Source: Eubacteriales bacterium (lineage in GTDB: Bacteria; Bacillota; Clostridia; Oscillospirales; CAG-272). Taken from it: a stretch of 33,306 bases of DNA. Positions 17,160 through 27,721 of the stretch are shown one piece after another. Position 1 is the first letter of the stretch. Each line of letters starts with the position of its first letter. A model generated the notes under the pieces. That model was not told the origin of the DNA, searched no databases, and worked only from the letters and a program-made list of their open reading frames with translations. The stretch lies in the NCBI GenBank assembly GCA_045117555.1, contig JBGUNW010000235.1, forward strand, positions 1 to 33,306. Direction: 5' to 3'. Position numbers and translations under genes: made by a program.

Positions 17160-17789
17160 ATGAAAAAGGGTATTATCGGTAAGAAACTCGGTATGACGCA
17201 GATCTTTGATGAAAAAGGCAACGTCATTCCGGTAACGGTTATCGAAGCCGGCCCGTGCGTAGTCGCACAGAAAAAGACCGCCGAAAACGACGGTTACAAC
17301 GCTCTTCAACTTGGATTTGAAGAAGTGAAAGAAAAGCATTTGAGCAAAGCCGAGAAGGGTCACTTCACGGCGGCAGGCGTTCCCATGAAGAAACACCTGA
17401 AAGAATTTCGCTTGGAGGATTGCTCCGCAAACGTTGGCGATCTGATTACGGTCGATACCTTCACCGCCGGTGAAAAAGTCGACGTGACCGGTATGACGAA
17501 AGGCCGCGGATTTACGGGCGCCGTCAAACGCTGGAATCACCACACGCTCTGCTCCACGCACGGCGTTGGCCCGATCCACCGCGAAGTTGGTTCCATGGGC
17601 GCAAACTCCACGCCTTCCCGTGTTTACAAAAACAAGAAGATGGCGGGACAATACGGTAACGAGCAGGTAACGATCCTCAACCTTGCGGTTGTGAAGGTCG
17701 ATGCCGAAAAGAATCTGATTGCGGTCAAGGGCGCAATTCCCGGTGCGAAAAACGGGATCGTCTTTATCCGTGATTCTGTGAAAGCCTGA
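17160..17789 (+). CDS. rplC: 50S ribosomal protein L3
   Basis: [45 protein letters not shown]. Confidence 0.97.
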   Translation: MKKGIIGKKLGMTQIFDEKGNVIPVTVIEAGPCVVAQKKTAENDGYNALQLGFEEVKEKHLSKAEKGHFTAAGVPMKKHLKEFRLEDCSANVGDLITVDTFTAGEKVDVTGMTKGRGFTGAVKRWNHHTLCSTHGVGPIHREVGSMGANSTPSRVYKNKKMAGQYGNEQVTILNLAVVKVDAEKNLIAVKGAIPGAKNGIVFIRDSVKA

Positions 17790-17809
17790 TCGGAAGGAGG
17801 AAAACAACA

Positions 17810-18523
17810 ATGCCAGTCGTAAAAATTTATAATATGTCCGGCAAGGCAGTCGACGAGCTGATGCTGAACGATAAGATCTTCGGCGCAGACGTTAACGGCG
17901 CTGTTCTCCATGCCGCGGTCAGAGCTTATCTGATGAACCAGAGACAGGGCACCCAGTCCACACTTACCCGCACCGAGGTTTCCGGCGGCGGCAAGAAACC
18001 GTGGAGACAAAAGGGAACCGGCAGAGCCCGCCAGGGTTCCACCCGCTCTCCCCAGTGGACGCACGGCGGCGTAGCTCTCGGCCCCAAGCCCAGAGATTAT
18101 CGCCTGTCTTTGAACAAAAAGGTTCGCAAACTTGCGCTGTTCAGCGCACTTTCCGGCAAGGTTGCAAGCGGCGACTTGGTTGTGCTTGACAACTTGCAGG
18201 TAGAGGGAAAGCCCTCCACCAAAACCATGGTTGCCATGTTCAAGGCCCTCGGCTTTGAGGAGAAGTACACCAAGACCTACAAAACCATTGCGGTGAAGGA
18301 CGGTCAGGTGGAGTACGGAACCGAAACGCGCGAAGCCACCAAGCCGATCAGCGCGCTGGTGGTACTTGACAGCAACGACAAGAACGTGATTCGCAGCTGC
18401 AACAACATTCCCAAGGTGGAAACCACGCAGGTAAGCACGCTCAACGTTTACGAGGTGCTCAAAGCCGGCAAGGTCGTCCTTACGGTTGAGGCAGTGAAAA
18501 AACTTGAGGAGGTGTATGCGTGA
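17810..18523 (+). CDS. rplD: 50S ribosomal protein L4 (with an internal ~30-aa insertion)
   Basis: GGGKKPWRQKGTGRARQGSTRSPQW signature. 237 aa, longer than the roughly 205-210 aa I recall for typical L4. Confidence 0.96.
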   Translation: MPVVKIYNMSGKAVDELMLNDKIFGADVNGAVLHAAVRAYLMNQRQGTQSTLTRTEVSGGGKKPWRQKGTGRARQGSTRSPQWTHGGVALGPKPRDYRLSLNKKVRKLALFSALSGKVASGDLVVLDNLQVEGKPSTKTMVAMFKALGFEEKYTKTYKTIAVKDGQVEYGTETREATKPISALVVLDSNDKNVIRSCNNIPKVETTQVSTLNVYEVLKAGKVVLTVEAVKKLEEVYA

Positions 18524-18825
18524 TGAAATTCGCTCAGGATATCATTATCAGACCGATCATCACCGAAGAGGCAATGGATCTTTTGCACAAAAAGACCTAT
18601 GTGTTTGAAGTTGCAAAAGACGCAACCAAACCAGAAATTGCCAAAGCGGTTGAGGAAGTCTTCGCATCCAGCAAAATCAAGGTTGCGAACGTTCGCACCA
18701 TTAACATGAAGAAAAAGCCGAAAAGACTCGGCGTTCATTCGGGATATACGTCTGCTTGGAAGAAAGCGGTCGTAACCTTAACTCCCGATTCGGGCGAGAT
18801 CGAGTTCTTCGAAGGCCTGAACTAA
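18520..18825 (+). CDS. rplW: 50S ribosomal protein L23
   Basis: DIIIRPIITEEAM...YVFEVAKDATKPEIAKAVEEVF. GTG 18520 or ATG 18523 could be the start; both overlap the rplD stop. Confidence 0.95.
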   Translation: MMKFAQDIIIRPIITEEAMDLLHKKTYVFEVAKDATKPEIAKAVEEVFASSKIKVANVRTINMKKKPKRLGVHSGYTSAWKKAVVTLTPDSGEIEFFEGLN

Positions 18826-18842
18826 TGTAGGAGGGAATCGAA

Positions 18843-19676
18843 ATGCCTACGGTAAAGTATAATCCAACAACTCCCGCAAGACGGAACATGAGCGTTCCTT
18901 CCTTTGAGGAGATTACCAAATTCTCTCCGGAGAAAAGTTTGATCGTTATTAAAAAGAAGCATTCCGGGCGCAACAGCTACGGGCGCATCACCGTTCGTCA
19001 TCGCGGCGGCGGCAATAAGATCAAATATCGTATTATCGACTTCAAACGTCAGAATCAGAATGCCAACACGGTTCTGGGCATTGAGTACGATCCCAACAGA
19101 ACCGCGTATATCGCACTGCTCCAAGATACCGAAGGTACCAAGAGCTATGTGATCGCGCCCGAAGGCCTGAAAGCCGGCGACGTGATCTATTCCGGCCCCG
19201 AAGCCGATATCAAACCCGGCAACACGCTGCCGATCGCAAATATCCCGGTCGGTACCGTTATCAACAACATTGAGATTTATCCCGGCAAGGGCGCTCAGCT
19301 CGTTCGCTCCGCCGGCGCTATGGCGCAGTTGATCTCCAAAGAGGACAACGGCATGGCGCAGATCCGTCTTCCTTCCGGGGAAGTTCGTTTCATCCGTCTG
19401 GATTGCAAAGCCACCATCGGTCAGATCGGCAACGTCGAGCATGACACGGTCAAGGTCGGTAAAGCAGGTAAGACCAGACACAAGGGTATCCGTCCCACCG
19501 TTCGCGGTTCGGTTATGAACCCGTGCGATCACCCTCACGGTGGTGGTGAAGGTAAATCCCCGATCGGACATCCCGGCCCGGTAACTCCTTGGGGCAAGCC
19601 CGCTCTCGGTTATAAGACCCGGAACAAGAAGGCGCGCACCAACAAGTTTATCGTGAAACGTAGAAATGCGAAATAA
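18843..19676 (+). CDS. rplB: 50S ribosomal protein L2
   Basis: [16 protein letters not shown] and [13 protein letters not shown] motifs. Confidence 0.98.
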   Translation: MPTVKYNPTTPARRNMSVPSFEEITKFSPEKSLIVIKKKHSGRNSYGRITVRHRGGGNKIKYRIIDFKRQNQNANTVLGIEYDPNRTAYIALLQDTEGTKSYVIAPEGLKAGDVIYSGPEADIKPGNTLPIANIPVGTVINNIEIYPGKGAQLVRSAGAMAQLISKEDNGMAQIRLPSGEVRFIRLDCKATIGQIGNVEHDTVKVGKAGKTRHKGIRPTVRGSVMNPCDHPHGGGEGKSPIGHPGPVTPWGKPALGYKTRNKKARTNKFIVKRRNAK

Positions 19677-19690
19677 GGAGGGAATGTAAA

Positions 19691-19972
19691 ATGAGCAGAA
19701 GCAGTAAAAAAGCACCTTATGTTGAAGAAAAACTCTTCACTCGCATTGAAGCGATGAACGCCAACGGCGAAAAGAAGGTTCTGAAAACCTGGTCCCGCGC
19801 GTCCACCATTTTCCCTGAATTTGTCGGTCACACCATTGCCGTACACGACGGCAAAAAACACATTCCGGTGTATATCACCGAGGATATGGTCGGCCACAAG
19901 CTCGGCGAATTTGCGCCCACGCGCACCTTCAAGGGTCACGCAGGTTCCAAAACGTCCAATAACGGAAAGTAA
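19691..19972 (+). CDS. rpsS: 30S ribosomal protein S19
   Basis: [30 protein letters not shown]. Confidence 0.97.
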   Translation: MSRSSKKAPYVEEKLFTRIEAMNANGEKKVLKTWSRASTIFPEFVGHTIAVHDGKKHIPVYITEDMVGHKLGEFAPTRTFKGHAGSKTSNNGK

Positions 19973-19996
19973 TTGTAAAGGGAGGTTCATTTCAAC

Positions 19997-20332
19997 ATGG
20001 AAGCAAGAGCATATTTGAAATATGCAAGAATTTCCCCGCGCAAGGTGCAGATCGTTCTGGATCTGATCCGTGGTAAGGATGTTGCCGCCGCTATGGGAAT
20101 TCTGAAAAACAAACCGAGAGCCGCTTCGGAACTTTTGATCAAGCTGTTGAACAGCGCGATCGCAAACGCGGAAAACAATTTCCAAATGGATGCGTCTAAA
20201 CTTTATGTTTCCGAGTGCTTCGTAACCGCCGGCCCGACCCTGAAACGGATCATGCCGCGCGCAAAGGGAAGCGCCGACCGCATTCTGAAAAGAACCAGCC
20301 ATGTTACCATGGCGGTGAAAGAGAAAGACTGA
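19997..20332 (+). CDS. rplV: 50S ribosomal protein L22
   Basis: [23 protein letters not shown]. Confidence 0.97.
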   Translation: MEARAYLKYARISPRKVQIVLDLIRGKDVAAAMGILKNKPRAASELLIKLLNSAIANAENNFQMDASKLYVSECFVTAGPTLKRIMPRAKGSADRILKRTSHVTMAVKEKD

Positions 20333-20349
20333 AAGGAGGAAACAAGAGA

Positions 20350-21165
20350 ATGGGACAGAAAGTAAATCCCCACGGTTTGCGTGTGGGCGTGATTAAAAAC
20401 TGGGATTCGAGATGGTTCGCAAATGACGAAGTCTTCGGCGATACGCTTGTTTCCGACTATAACGTCAGAAAGTATCTTAAAACAACTCTTTACGACGCGG
20501 GCATCTCCAAAATCGAGATCGAGCGCGACGGTCACAGAGTTCGCGTTTTCGTGAACTGCGCAAAGCCGGGCATGGTCATCGGCCGCGGCGGCTCCGAAAT
20601 CGAAAAATATCGTCAGCAGCTGGAAAAAATGGTTGGCATGCCGGTCGCTCTCAACGTTGTTGAGATCCGTCAGCCCGACCTGGACGCTCAGCTCGTTGCC
20701 GAGAACATTGCAAAACAGATCGAGAACCGCGTTGCGTTCCGCCGCGCTATGAAAATGGCAATCCGGAACACCATGCGCCTTGGCGCACGCGGAATCAAGG
20801 TCAACTGCGGCGGTCGTCTGGCAGGTGCCGATATTGCAAGAAGCGAGCACTACCATGAAGGAACCATTCCGCTGCAAACCCTGCGCGCCGACATTGAGTA
20901 CGGTTTTGCGGAAGCAAACACCACCTACGGTAAAATCGGCGTAAAGGTATGGATCTATAAGGGCGAAATTCTGAACGAGGTCAACAGACCCGGCAGCCCC
21001 AGAAGAGATCGCAGAGATGATCGTCGCGGTGATCGCCGTGACAATCGCGGCCCGAGAGGCGATCGCCGTGACGGCGGCCGTCGCGACGGTCAAAGAACCG
21101 GAGCTCCCCGCCAGGGTGGCGGAGAACGCCGCGAAAGAACTCCGAGAGAAGGAGGCGCAAAGTAA
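20350..21165 (+). CDS. rpsC: 30S ribosomal protein S3 with an Arg/Asp/Gly-rich C-terminal tail
   Basis: [24 protein letters not shown] and KH-domain [16 protein letters not shown]. The ORF-track start at 20215 was rejected. The ~55-aa tail reads [30 protein letters not shown]. Confidence 0.96.
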   Translation: MGQKVNPHGLRVGVIKNWDSRWFANDEVFGDTLVSDYNVRKYLKTTLYDAGISKIEIERDGHRVRVFVNCAKPGMVIGRGGSEIEKYRQQLEKMVGMPVALNVVEIRQPDLDAQLVAENIAKQIENRVAFRRAMKMAIRNTMRLGARGIKVNCGGRLAGADIARSEHYHEGTIPLQTLRADIEYGFAEANTTYGKIGVKVWIYKGEILNEVNRPGSPRRDRRDDRRGDRRDNRGPRGDRRDGGRRDGQRTGAPRQGGGERRERTPREGGAK

Positions 21166-21168
21166 GTT

Positions 21169-21594
21169 ATGTTAATGCCGAAAAGAGTAAAATTCCGTCG
21201 CGTTCAGCGCGGCAGAATGAAGGGCAAGGCCTCCCGCGGAACCACCATCAGCAACGGTTCTTTCGGTTTGGCGGCGCTGGAGCCCGCATGGATCACCAGC
21301 AACCAGATTGAAGCAGCCCGTATCGCTATGACGCGTTATATCCGCCGTGGCGGTCAGGTTTGGATCAAGATTTTCCCGGATAAGCCGATCACCGAAAAGC
21401 CGGCCGAAACCCGTATGGGTTCCGGTAAAGGTTCGCCCGAGTATTGGGTGGCGGTTGTAAAGCCGGGCCGGATCCTGTTTGAGATGGACGGTGTTTCCGA
21501 AGAGGTAGCAAAAGAGGCAATGCGTCTTGCGGGTCACAAACTCCCCATTAAAACCAAGTTTGTTACCAAAACGTCCGAAGTGAAGGAGGGTTAA
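21169..21594 (+). CDS. rplP: 50S ribosomal protein L16
   Basis: [21 protein letters not shown]. Confidence 0.97.
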   Translation: MLMPKRVKFRRVQRGRMKGKASRGTTISNGSFGLAALEPAWITSNQIEAARIAMTRYIRRGGQVWIKIFPDKPITEKPAETRMGSGKGSPEYWVAVVKPGRILFEMDGVSEEVAKEAMRLAGHKLPIKTKFVTKTSEVKEG

Positions 21595-21598
21595 GCCA

Positions 21599-21793
21599 AT
21601 GAAAGCAGCAGAACTCAGAAAAATGTCTGTTGGCGATTTGGAAGCGAAATTGAAGGAGCTCAAAACCGAGCTGTTCAATCTCCGGTTCCAGCACGCGATC
21701 AATCAACTTGACAACCCTCACAAATTGACCGAGGTGAAACACGACATCGCGCGTGTCATGACGGTTCTTCAGGAAATGAAGAAGGAGGCATAA
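21599..21793 (+). CDS. rpmC: 50S ribosomal protein L29
   Basis: LRKMSVGDLEAKLKELKTELFNLRFQHA. Confidence 0.95.
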   Translation: MKAAELRKMSVGDLEAKLKELKTELFNLRFQHAINQLDNPHKLTEVKHDIARVMTVLQEMKKEA

Positions 21794-21799
21794 TCAGCC

Positions 21800-22060
21800 A
21801 TGGCAGAAGAAAGAGCATTAAGAAAAACCCGCGTCGGTATCGTCGTCAGTGACAAGATGGACAAAACCGTTGTGGTAGCCGTTCAGGATAACGTAAAGCA
21901 TCCGCTGTACGGCAAAATCGTGAAGAGAACTCTGAAACTGCACGCACAGGACGATGAAAACGCCTGCGGCGTTGGCGACAGAGTCCGCCTCATGGAAACG
22001 AGACCGCTCTCCAAAACCAAGAGATGGCGCGTTGTCGAAATCATTGAGAAGGCAAAATAA
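21800..22060 (+). CDS. rpsQ: 30S ribosomal protein S17
   Basis: [21 protein letters not shown]...HPLYGKIV. Confidence 0.96.
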   Translation: MAEERALRKTRVGIVVSDKMDKTVVVAVQDNVKHPLYGKIVKRTLKLHAQDDENACGVGDRVRLMETRPLSKTKRWRVVEIIEKAK

Positions 22061-22146
22061 TCTTGCCGCGCAATGAAGAAATTATTTCACTTAATCACGA
22101 ATAGTAAATACGTCGTAGCGTATTGAATCAGTAGGAGGAAAAGAAA

Positions 22147-22515
22147 GTGATTCAGCAACAAAGTTTAATGAAAGTTGCCGATAACACGGGCGCCAAGGAG
22201 CTGATGTGCATCAGAGTCCTGGGCGGCACGGGCAGAAGATATGCCAATATCGGTGACGTTGTTGTCTGCGCGGTCAAGAAAGCAACTCCGGGCGGCGTCG
22301 TCAAAAAAGGCGAAGTCGTCAAGGCGGTCGTCGTCAGAACCGTGCATGGCGTAAAGAGAGCCGACGGCTCTTATATCAAATTTGATGAGAATGCGGCGGT
22401 CATCATCCGCGAGGACAAAACCCCGCGCGGAACCCGTATTTTCGGGCCGGTCGCAAGAGAGCTCCGCGAGAAAGAGTACACCAAGATTCTTTCTTTGGCG
22501 CCGGAAGTACTTTGA
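22147..22515 (+). CDS. rplN: 50S ribosomal protein L14
   Basis: [30 protein letters not shown] start preceded by an AGGAGGAAAAG SD. Confidence 0.97.
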   Translation: MIQQQSLMKVADNTGAKELMCIRVLGGTGRRYANIGDVVVCAVKKATPGGVVKKGEVVKAVVVRTVHGVKRADGSYIKFDENAAVIIREDKTPRGTRIFGPVARELREKEYTKILSLAPEVL

Positions 22516-22529
22516 GGAGGTAACGAACA

Positions 22530-22847
22530 ATGGCTAATCTGCACGTTAAAAAAGGCGATACCGTTGTTGTCCTCTCCGGAGATGACAAGGGCGTTATCGG
22601 CGAAGTAATCGCAACTTCCCCCGCGGAAGGAAAAGTGCTCGTTAAGGGCGCTAACATGATCCACAAGCACGTCAAACCCCGCCGTCAAGGCGAGAGCGGC
22701 GGCATCGTTGATGCCGAGGGCGCGATCTACGCCGGCAAAGTGGCGCTTTACTGCTCCAACTGCAAAAAAGGCGTTCGCGTTAAGACCGAGATCGTAGACG
22801 GCAAGAAGATCCGCGTTTGCGCAAAATGCGGACAGAAATTTGATTGA
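22530..22847 (+). CDS. rplX: 50S ribosomal protein L24 (C-terminal CxxC...CxxC form)
   Basis: KOW motif [18 protein letters not shown]-terminus YCSNCKKG...[10 protein letters not shown]. Confidence 0.96.
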   Translation: MANLHVKKGDTVVVLSGDDKGVIGEVIATSPAEGKVLVKGANMIHKHVKPRRQGESGGIVDAEGAIYAGKVALYCSNCKKGVRVKTEIVDGKKIRVCAKCGQKFD

Positions 22848-22861
22848 GGAGGGAAACAACA

Positions 22862-23401
22862 ATGGCAAGATTAAAAGAACTTTATAAAGCCGAAATTGCT
22901 CCCGCTCTCATGAAAAAATTCACCTATAAGAGCGTAATGCAGATCCCGAAGCTTGACAAAATCGTTGTCAACGTCGGCGTCGGCGATGCGAAAGACAACT
23001 CCAAAGCCCTTGACGCGGTGCTTGCCGATCTGGCAATCATCACCGGTCAAAAGGCCATTCCCACCACCGCAAAGAAATCGGTTGCAAACTTCAAAATCCG
23101 TCAGGGTATGAAGATCGGCGCAAAGGTTACGCTGCGCGGTGACAGAATGTACGAATTTATGGATCGTCTTTTCAACTTCGCGCTTCCGAAAGTACGCGAC
23201 TTCAAGGGTATCAACCCCAACGCGTTCGACGGAAGAGGCAACTACGCGCTTGGCTTGAAGGAGCAGCTGATCTTCCCCGAAATCGAATACGATAAGGTAG
23301 AAAAGATCCGCGGCATGGATATCTGCTTCGTTACAACGGCTAACACCGATGAAGAAGCACGCGAGCTGCTGACGCTGTTCGGCGCTCCGTTCGCGAAATA
23401 A
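22862..23401 (+). CDS. rplE: 50S ribosomal protein L5
   Basis: [30 protein letters not shown]. The ORF-track start at 22844 was rejected. Confidence 0.97.
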   Translation: MARLKELYKAEIAPALMKKFTYKSVMQIPKLDKIVVNVGVGDAKDNSKALDAVLADLAIITGQKAIPTTAKKSVANFKIRQGMKIGAKVTLRGDRMYEFMDRLFNFALPKVRDFKGINPNAFDGRGNYALGLKEQLIFPEIEYDKVEKIRGMDICFVTTANTDEEARELLTLFGAPFAK

Positions 23402-23419
23402 TCGAGGGAGGTAAAAACG

Positions 23420-23605
23420 ATGGCAAAGAAATCCATGATCCTCAAACAGCAGAAGGAGCAAAAATTCTCCACCAGAGAATACAACCGCTGCAAAATCTGC
23501 GGCCGCCCGCATGCCTATCTTCGCAAATTCGGCATTTGCCGTATCTGCTTCCGCACGCTTGCCTACAAAGGCCAGATCCCGGGCGTAAAGAAGGCATCCT
23601 GGTAA
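23420..23605 (+). CDS. rpsZ: 30S ribosomal protein S14 type Z (zinc-binding)
   Basis: 61 aa. [22 protein letters not shown]. Confidence 0.96.
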   Translation: MAKKSMILKQQKEQKFSTREYNRCKICGRPHAYLRKFGICRICFRTLAYKGQIPGVKKASW

Positions 23606-23728
23606 TCCCGCACCCCCACCTATCGGCAGGAAATCAAGACCGGCCAAAGCGCAGTTGGATTTAACCGCCGATACGCCGCCCGCAAGGGCAGCAAGAAAAA
23701 TGAAACTTGCATCAGGAGGAAATTTGAA

Positions 23729-24127
23729 ATGCAAATGTCAGACGTAATTGCCGATATGCTCACCAGAATTCGGAACGCGAACGACGCGAAACATCCGACG
23801 GTAGACATTCCGGCATCCAACATGAAAAAAGCGATCGCCCAGATCCTCGTAGAGGAAGGGTACGTTAAATCCTATCAGGTCGTCGAGGACGGCAAACAAG
23901 GAACCATTCGCGTAACGCTGAAATATCTCCCCGGTAAGGGCAAGGTCATTCGCGGTATCCGCCGCGTATCCAAACCCGGTCTGCGGATTTATGCCGGCTG
24001 CGAGGATATGCCCAACGTTATGAACGGCCTGGGCATTGCGATCGTTTCCACATCCAAGGGTATCATGACGGGCAAGAAAGCGCGCGAACTGAACGTTGGC
24101 GGCGAAGTTCTTGCTTTCGTATGGTAA
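23729..24127 (+). CDS. rpsH: 30S ribosomal protein S8
   Basis: [19 protein letters not shown]. Confidence 0.97.
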   Translation: MQMSDVIADMLTRIRNANDAKHPTVDIPASNMKKAIAQILVEEGYVKSYQVVEDGKQGTIRVTLKYLPGKGKVIRGIRRVSKPGLRIYAGCEDMPNVMNGLGIAIVSTSKGIMTGKKARELNVGGEVLAFVW

Positions 24128-24149
24128 TCGGAATGGGAGGTAACTGAAC

Positions 24150-24719
24150 ATGTCAAGAATCGGAAGAATGCCCATTGCGATCCCTGCCGGCGTTACGGTT
24201 GACGTTGCAGCAGGCAACGTTGTAACCGTCAAAGGCAAACTCGGTACCCTGACCGAAACGTTCAGCCCCCGCATGACCATCAAGGTCGAAGGCGCTGAAA
24301 TCATCGTCACCCGTCCTACGGACGAAAAAGAAGACCGGAGTCTTCACGGACTCACCCGCGCGCTGCTGAACAACATGGTAGTCGGCGTAACCGAGGGCTT
24401 CTCCAAAAAGTTGGAGATCGTCGGCGTTGGTTACAAGGTAATCAAGCAGGGCAAAACCATTCAGTTGTATCTTGGCCACTCGCTGGTATCCACCGGACTT
24501 CCGCAGGCAAAATACTGCATGACCGAAGCCGACGGCATTACCTTTGAGGTGCCGGATCCCAACACGATCATCGTAAAAGGTATTGACAAACAGAAGGTTG
24601 GTCAAACCGCAGCTGTCATTCGCGGCAAACGGCCGCCCGAACCCTACCATGGCAAGGGCGTGAAGTATGCCGGCGAGTATATCCGCCGCAAGGCAGGAAA
24701 AGCCGGTAAAGGCAAATAA
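24150..24719 (+). CDS. rplF: 50S ribosomal protein L6
   Basis: MSRIGRMPIAIPAGVTVDV. Short Lys/Gly-rich C-terminal tail. Confidence 0.97.
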   Translation: MSRIGRMPIAIPAGVTVDVAAGNVVTVKGKLGTLTETFSPRMTIKVEGAEIIVTRPTDEKEDRSLHGLTRALLNNMVVGVTEGFSKKLEIVGVGYKVIKQGKTIQLYLGHSLVSTGLPQAKYCMTEADGITFEVPDPNTIIVKGIDKQKVGQTAAVIRGKRPPEPYHGKGVKYAGEYIRRKAGKAGKGK

Positions 24720-24739
24720 TTAGAAAGGAGTGAAGTGAC

Positions 24740-25099
24740 ATGGTAACCAGAAAAGACGCAAACAAAGCCCGCCTGAAAAGACACAAACGGGTAAGAGCAA
24801 AAATTTTCGGAACTCCCGAGCGTCCTCGCCTGGCTGTGTACCGTTCCAACGCGAACATCAGCGCACAGATCATTGACGACGTTAAGGGCGTAACCCTGGT
24901 AAGCGCTTCCACTTTCGGAAATGGCTTTACCGAAAACGGCGGAAACAAGGCCGCCGCAAGAGAGATTGGCAAACAGATTGCTCAGAAGGCGATCGCAGAG
25001 GGCATTACCGAAGTCGTATTCGACCGCGGTGGCTATCTGTATCACGGACGTGTATCGGAACTGGCTGAAGGCGCTCGCGAGGGCGGCCTGAAGTTCTGA
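24740..25099 (+). CDS. rplR: 50S ribosomal protein L18
   Basis: [36 protein letters not shown]. Confidence 0.97.
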   Translation: MVTRKDANKARLKRHKRVRAKIFGTPERPRLAVYRSNANISAQIIDDVKGVTLVSASTFGNGFTENGGNKAAAREIGKQIAQKAIAEGITEVVFDRGGYLYHGRVSELAEGAREGGLKF

Positions 25100-25154
25100 T
25101 TTTCCGGTTTATACACTGTTCAATCATTTTATTGAACAAATTGGAGGAAAAACA

Positions 25155-25664
25155 ATGGCAGAAAAATTCAATCCCGCTGAGCATGACCTGAAAGAGCAAC
25201 TGATCTTCCTGAACCGTGTATCCAAAACGGTCAAGGGCGGTCGTATTGCCCGGTTTGCCGCGTTAATGGTCGTCGGAGACGGCGCAGGCCACGTTGGCGT
25301 TGGCCTTGGAAAAGCGGCCGAAGTTCCCGAAGCAATCCGCAAGGGAATTGAGGACGCAAAAAAGAATATGGTAGCGGTTTCCCTCAAAGGAACCACCATT
25401 CCGCATGAAGTGATCGGCATTTACGGAGCCGGCAAGGTGCTTCTCAAACCCGCCGCTCCCGGTACCGGTATCATTGCAGGCGGCAAAGTGCGTATGGTTC
25501 TGGAAGCTGCCGGCATTAAGAACATTCGTGCAAAATGCCTGCGCTCCAACAACCCCACCAACGTTGCGAAAGCAACCATGGAAGGGTTGAAAGAGCTGCG
25601 CACCATTGAGCAGATCGCCAAGATCCGCGATATCCCCGCGGATCAGGTCAAGAAGAAGGCATAA
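25155..25664 (+). CDS. rpsE: 30S ribosomal protein S5
   Basis: [36 protein letters not shown]. Confidence 0.97.
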   Translation: MAEKFNPAEHDLKEQLIFLNRVSKTVKGGRIARFAALMVVGDGAGHVGVGLGKAAEVPEAIRKGIEDAKKNMVAVSLKGTTIPHEVIGIYGAGKVLLKPAAPGTGIIAGGKVRMVLEAAGIKNIRAKCLRSNNPTNVAKATMEGLKELRTIEQIAKIRDIPADQVKKKA

Positions 25665-25678
25665 GGGGGGTAACGACC

Positions 25679-25903
25679 ATGAAAAAGGCAAAAGTAACTT
25701 TGGTAAAGGTCACCCTGACCAAAAGCTTGATCGGCGCACTGCCCAAGCAGAAAGCAACCGCGCAAACGCTGGGGCTCAAAAAGATCGGCGATAGCTCGGT
25801 GCAAAAGAACGATGCCGTTCTCGGCGGCAAAATTCACGTTCTTGCTCACCTTGTGAGCGTTGAGGACGTTCAAGAAAACGCCAAAGGAGGAAAGGCAGAA
25901 TGA
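25679..25903 (+). CDS. rpmD: 50S ribosomal protein L30 (extended at both ends)
   Basis: [32 protein letters not shown] core. 74 aa, longer than the roughly 60 aa I recall as typical. N-terminal KVTLVKVTL duplication. The stop overlaps the rplO ATG. Confidence 0.9.
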   Translation: MKKAKVTLVKVTLTKSLIGALPKQKATAQTLGLKKIGDSSVQKNDAVLGGKIHVLAHLVSVEDVQENAKGGKAE

Positions 25904-26340
25904 AACTGAATGAACTTTCTCCCGCGCCCGGCTCGGCAAAAGCCGCATGGCGCAAGGGCAGAGGCCCGGGATCCGGCAACGGTAAAACCGCGGGCAAAGG
26001 TCATAAAGGACAAAACGCTCGCTCCGGCGGCGGTGTTCGCCCCGGATTTGAAGGCGGACAGTTCCCGATTTACAGAACCCATCCGAAGAGAGGGTTCAAA
26101 AACCGTTTCGCAACCAACTATGCAACCGTGAATGTCGGCGATCTTGAAAAATTCGTCAACGATTCCGTAATCGACCTTGACGTTCTGCTTGCTGCGAAAG
26201 TGATCCGCAAGCCGCTGGACGGCGTAAAGGTCCTCGGCAGAGGCGAATTGACCAAGAAACTGACGGTGAAGGCAGCGGCATTCTCGGCTTCTGCCAAAGA
26301 GAAGATTGAGGCAGCAGGCGGCAAGGCAGAGGAGGTATAA
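25900..26340 (+). CDS. rplO: 50S ribosomal protein L15
   Basis: [14 protein letters not shown]...[23 protein letters not shown]. Confidence 0.97.
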   Translation: MKLNELSPAPGSAKAAWRKGRGPGSGNGKTAGKGHKGQNARSGGGVRPGFEGGQFPIYRTHPKRGFKNRFATNYATVNVGDLEKFVNDSVIDLDVLLAAKVIRKPLDGVKVLGRGELTKKLTVKAAAFSASAKEKIEAAGGKAEEV

Positions 26341-26342
26341 GG

Positions 26343-27698
26343 ATGTTTCAGACGTTTAAGAACGCGTGGAAAATCCCGGATCTCCGGAAGAAAATGCTCT
26401 TTACCCTGATGATCATCCTTCTTTACCGTATTGGTGCAAACCTGTTCGTCCCGTTCGTAAACGTTGACGCAATCGTCAGTCAAACCCACACCAGCGAATT
26501 AACCGCCGGTGTGTTCGGAATGCTCTCGCTGTTTTCGGGCGGCGCATTCGAGCAGGCAACGCTGTTTGCGCTTTCGGTTTCGCCGTATATCACCGCTTCT
26601 ATCGTCATCCAGCTCTTAACGATCGCCATTCCCGCGTTGGAGCGGCTTTCCAAACAGGGCGAGGAAGGCAAGAAGAAGATCAACAAGATCACGCGCATCG
26701 TAACGGTCGTTCTTTCCTTGATCACCGCTTACGGATATGTGAAACTTCTTGAAAGCTACGGCTTGCTTTTGATCGATAAAGAAGCAAACAAAGCCATGTA
26801 CTATTTCGGCATGGTAACCATGGTTGCGGCATTCTGTGCCGGCGCGGCGATCATCATGTGGCTCGCGGAGCGCATCAACGATTACGGTATCGGCAACGGT
26901 ATTTCCATCATCCTGTTTGCGAACATTATTTCGCGCGGGGCAACGATGGTAACCGAGTTGCGGAACCTGATGATGTCCTCGAACTATGATGAAATCACCA
27001 GCGCGCAGCAGTGGAAAACCGGATGGGATCTTGCCGGCGGCATTGCGAAAGTGGTCATTTATGTGATCGTTTTTGCGGCTTTGGTAGGATTTATCGTTTG
27101 GTTTACCAACTCGGAAAGAAGAATTCCGATCCAGTACGCAAAACGGGTCGTGGGCCGCAAAATGTATGGCGGACAAAACAGCAACCTGCCGCTCAAACTC
27201 AACATGGCAGGCGTTATGCCCATCATTTTTGCAAGCTCTATCGTTTCCATTCTTCCCACCATTGCAAACTTTACGGGCGGCGGTTTCAAAACCTTCGTAA
27301 ACAACTGGTTGGATAGCGGAACACCCATTTATATCATCTCGTATATCGTTCTGATCTGGCTGTTCTCGTATTTCTATATTATGATCTCGTTCAACCCCGT
27401 AGAAGTATCGAACAATATCAGAAGTCAGGGCGGTTCGGTTCCGGGCATTCGCCCCGGCAAGCCGACCTCGGATTATATCAAGAAGATCCTCAACCGCATC
27501 ACCACGCTGGGCGCGTTCTTCCTCATCCTGGTGGCGGGCGTTCCGATGATCATCGGCGCAACCGTTCCGGAATTTGCGCGTCTTGCCACATTCGGCGGCT
27601 CCTCGCTGCTGATCCTTGTGGGCGTTGCGCTGGAAACCGCGCAGCAGCTCGAAGCGCAAATGTCGATGCGGAACTACAAGGGCTTTTTGGATAACTGA
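26343..27698 (+). CDS. secY: Preprotein translocase subunit SecY
   Basis: 10-TM profile. [15 protein letters not shown] and PGIRPGKPT motifs. Canonical position after rplO. Confidence 0.97.
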   Translation: MFQTFKNAWKIPDLRKKMLFTLMIILLYRIGANLFVPFVNVDAIVSQTHTSELTAGVFGMLSLFSGGAFEQATLFALSVSPYITASIVIQLLTIAIPALERLSKQGEEGKKKINKITRIVTVVLSLITAYGYVKLLESYGLLLIDKEANKAMYYFGMVTMVAAFCAGAAIIMWLAERINDYGIGNGISIILFANIISRGATMVTELRNLMMSSNYDEITSAQQWKTGWDLAGGIAKVVIYVIVFAALVGFIVWFTNSERRIPIQYAKRVVGRKMYGGQNSNLPLKLNMAGVMPIIFASSIVSILPTIANFTGGGFKTFVNNWLDSGTPIYIISYIVLIWLFSYFYIMISFNPVEVSNNIRSQGGSVPGIRPGKPTSDYIKKILNRITTLGAFFLILVAGVPMIIGATVPEFARLATFGGSSLLILVGVALETAQQLEAQMSMRNYKGFLDN

Positions 27699-27721
27699 TC
27701 GCGGAAAGGAACCAACTCCAC

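Noticed and set aside
17113-17163. 16-codon uORF ([16 protein letters not shown]) whose TGA overlaps the rplC ATG (ATGA).
   Set aside because: No SD upstream of its ATG. It may be a chance ORF spanning the rplC SD. Noted only because overlap-coupled uORFs can be regulatory.
25116-25137. AT-rich hairpin TGTTCAAT-CATTTT-ATTGAACA between rplR and rpsE. A similar small stem TACGGA...TCCGTA lies between rpsD and rpoA (about 31011-31037).
   Set aside because: The stems are short and weak, with no flanking U-run and no clear function. Such stems are expected by chance in AT-rich spacers.
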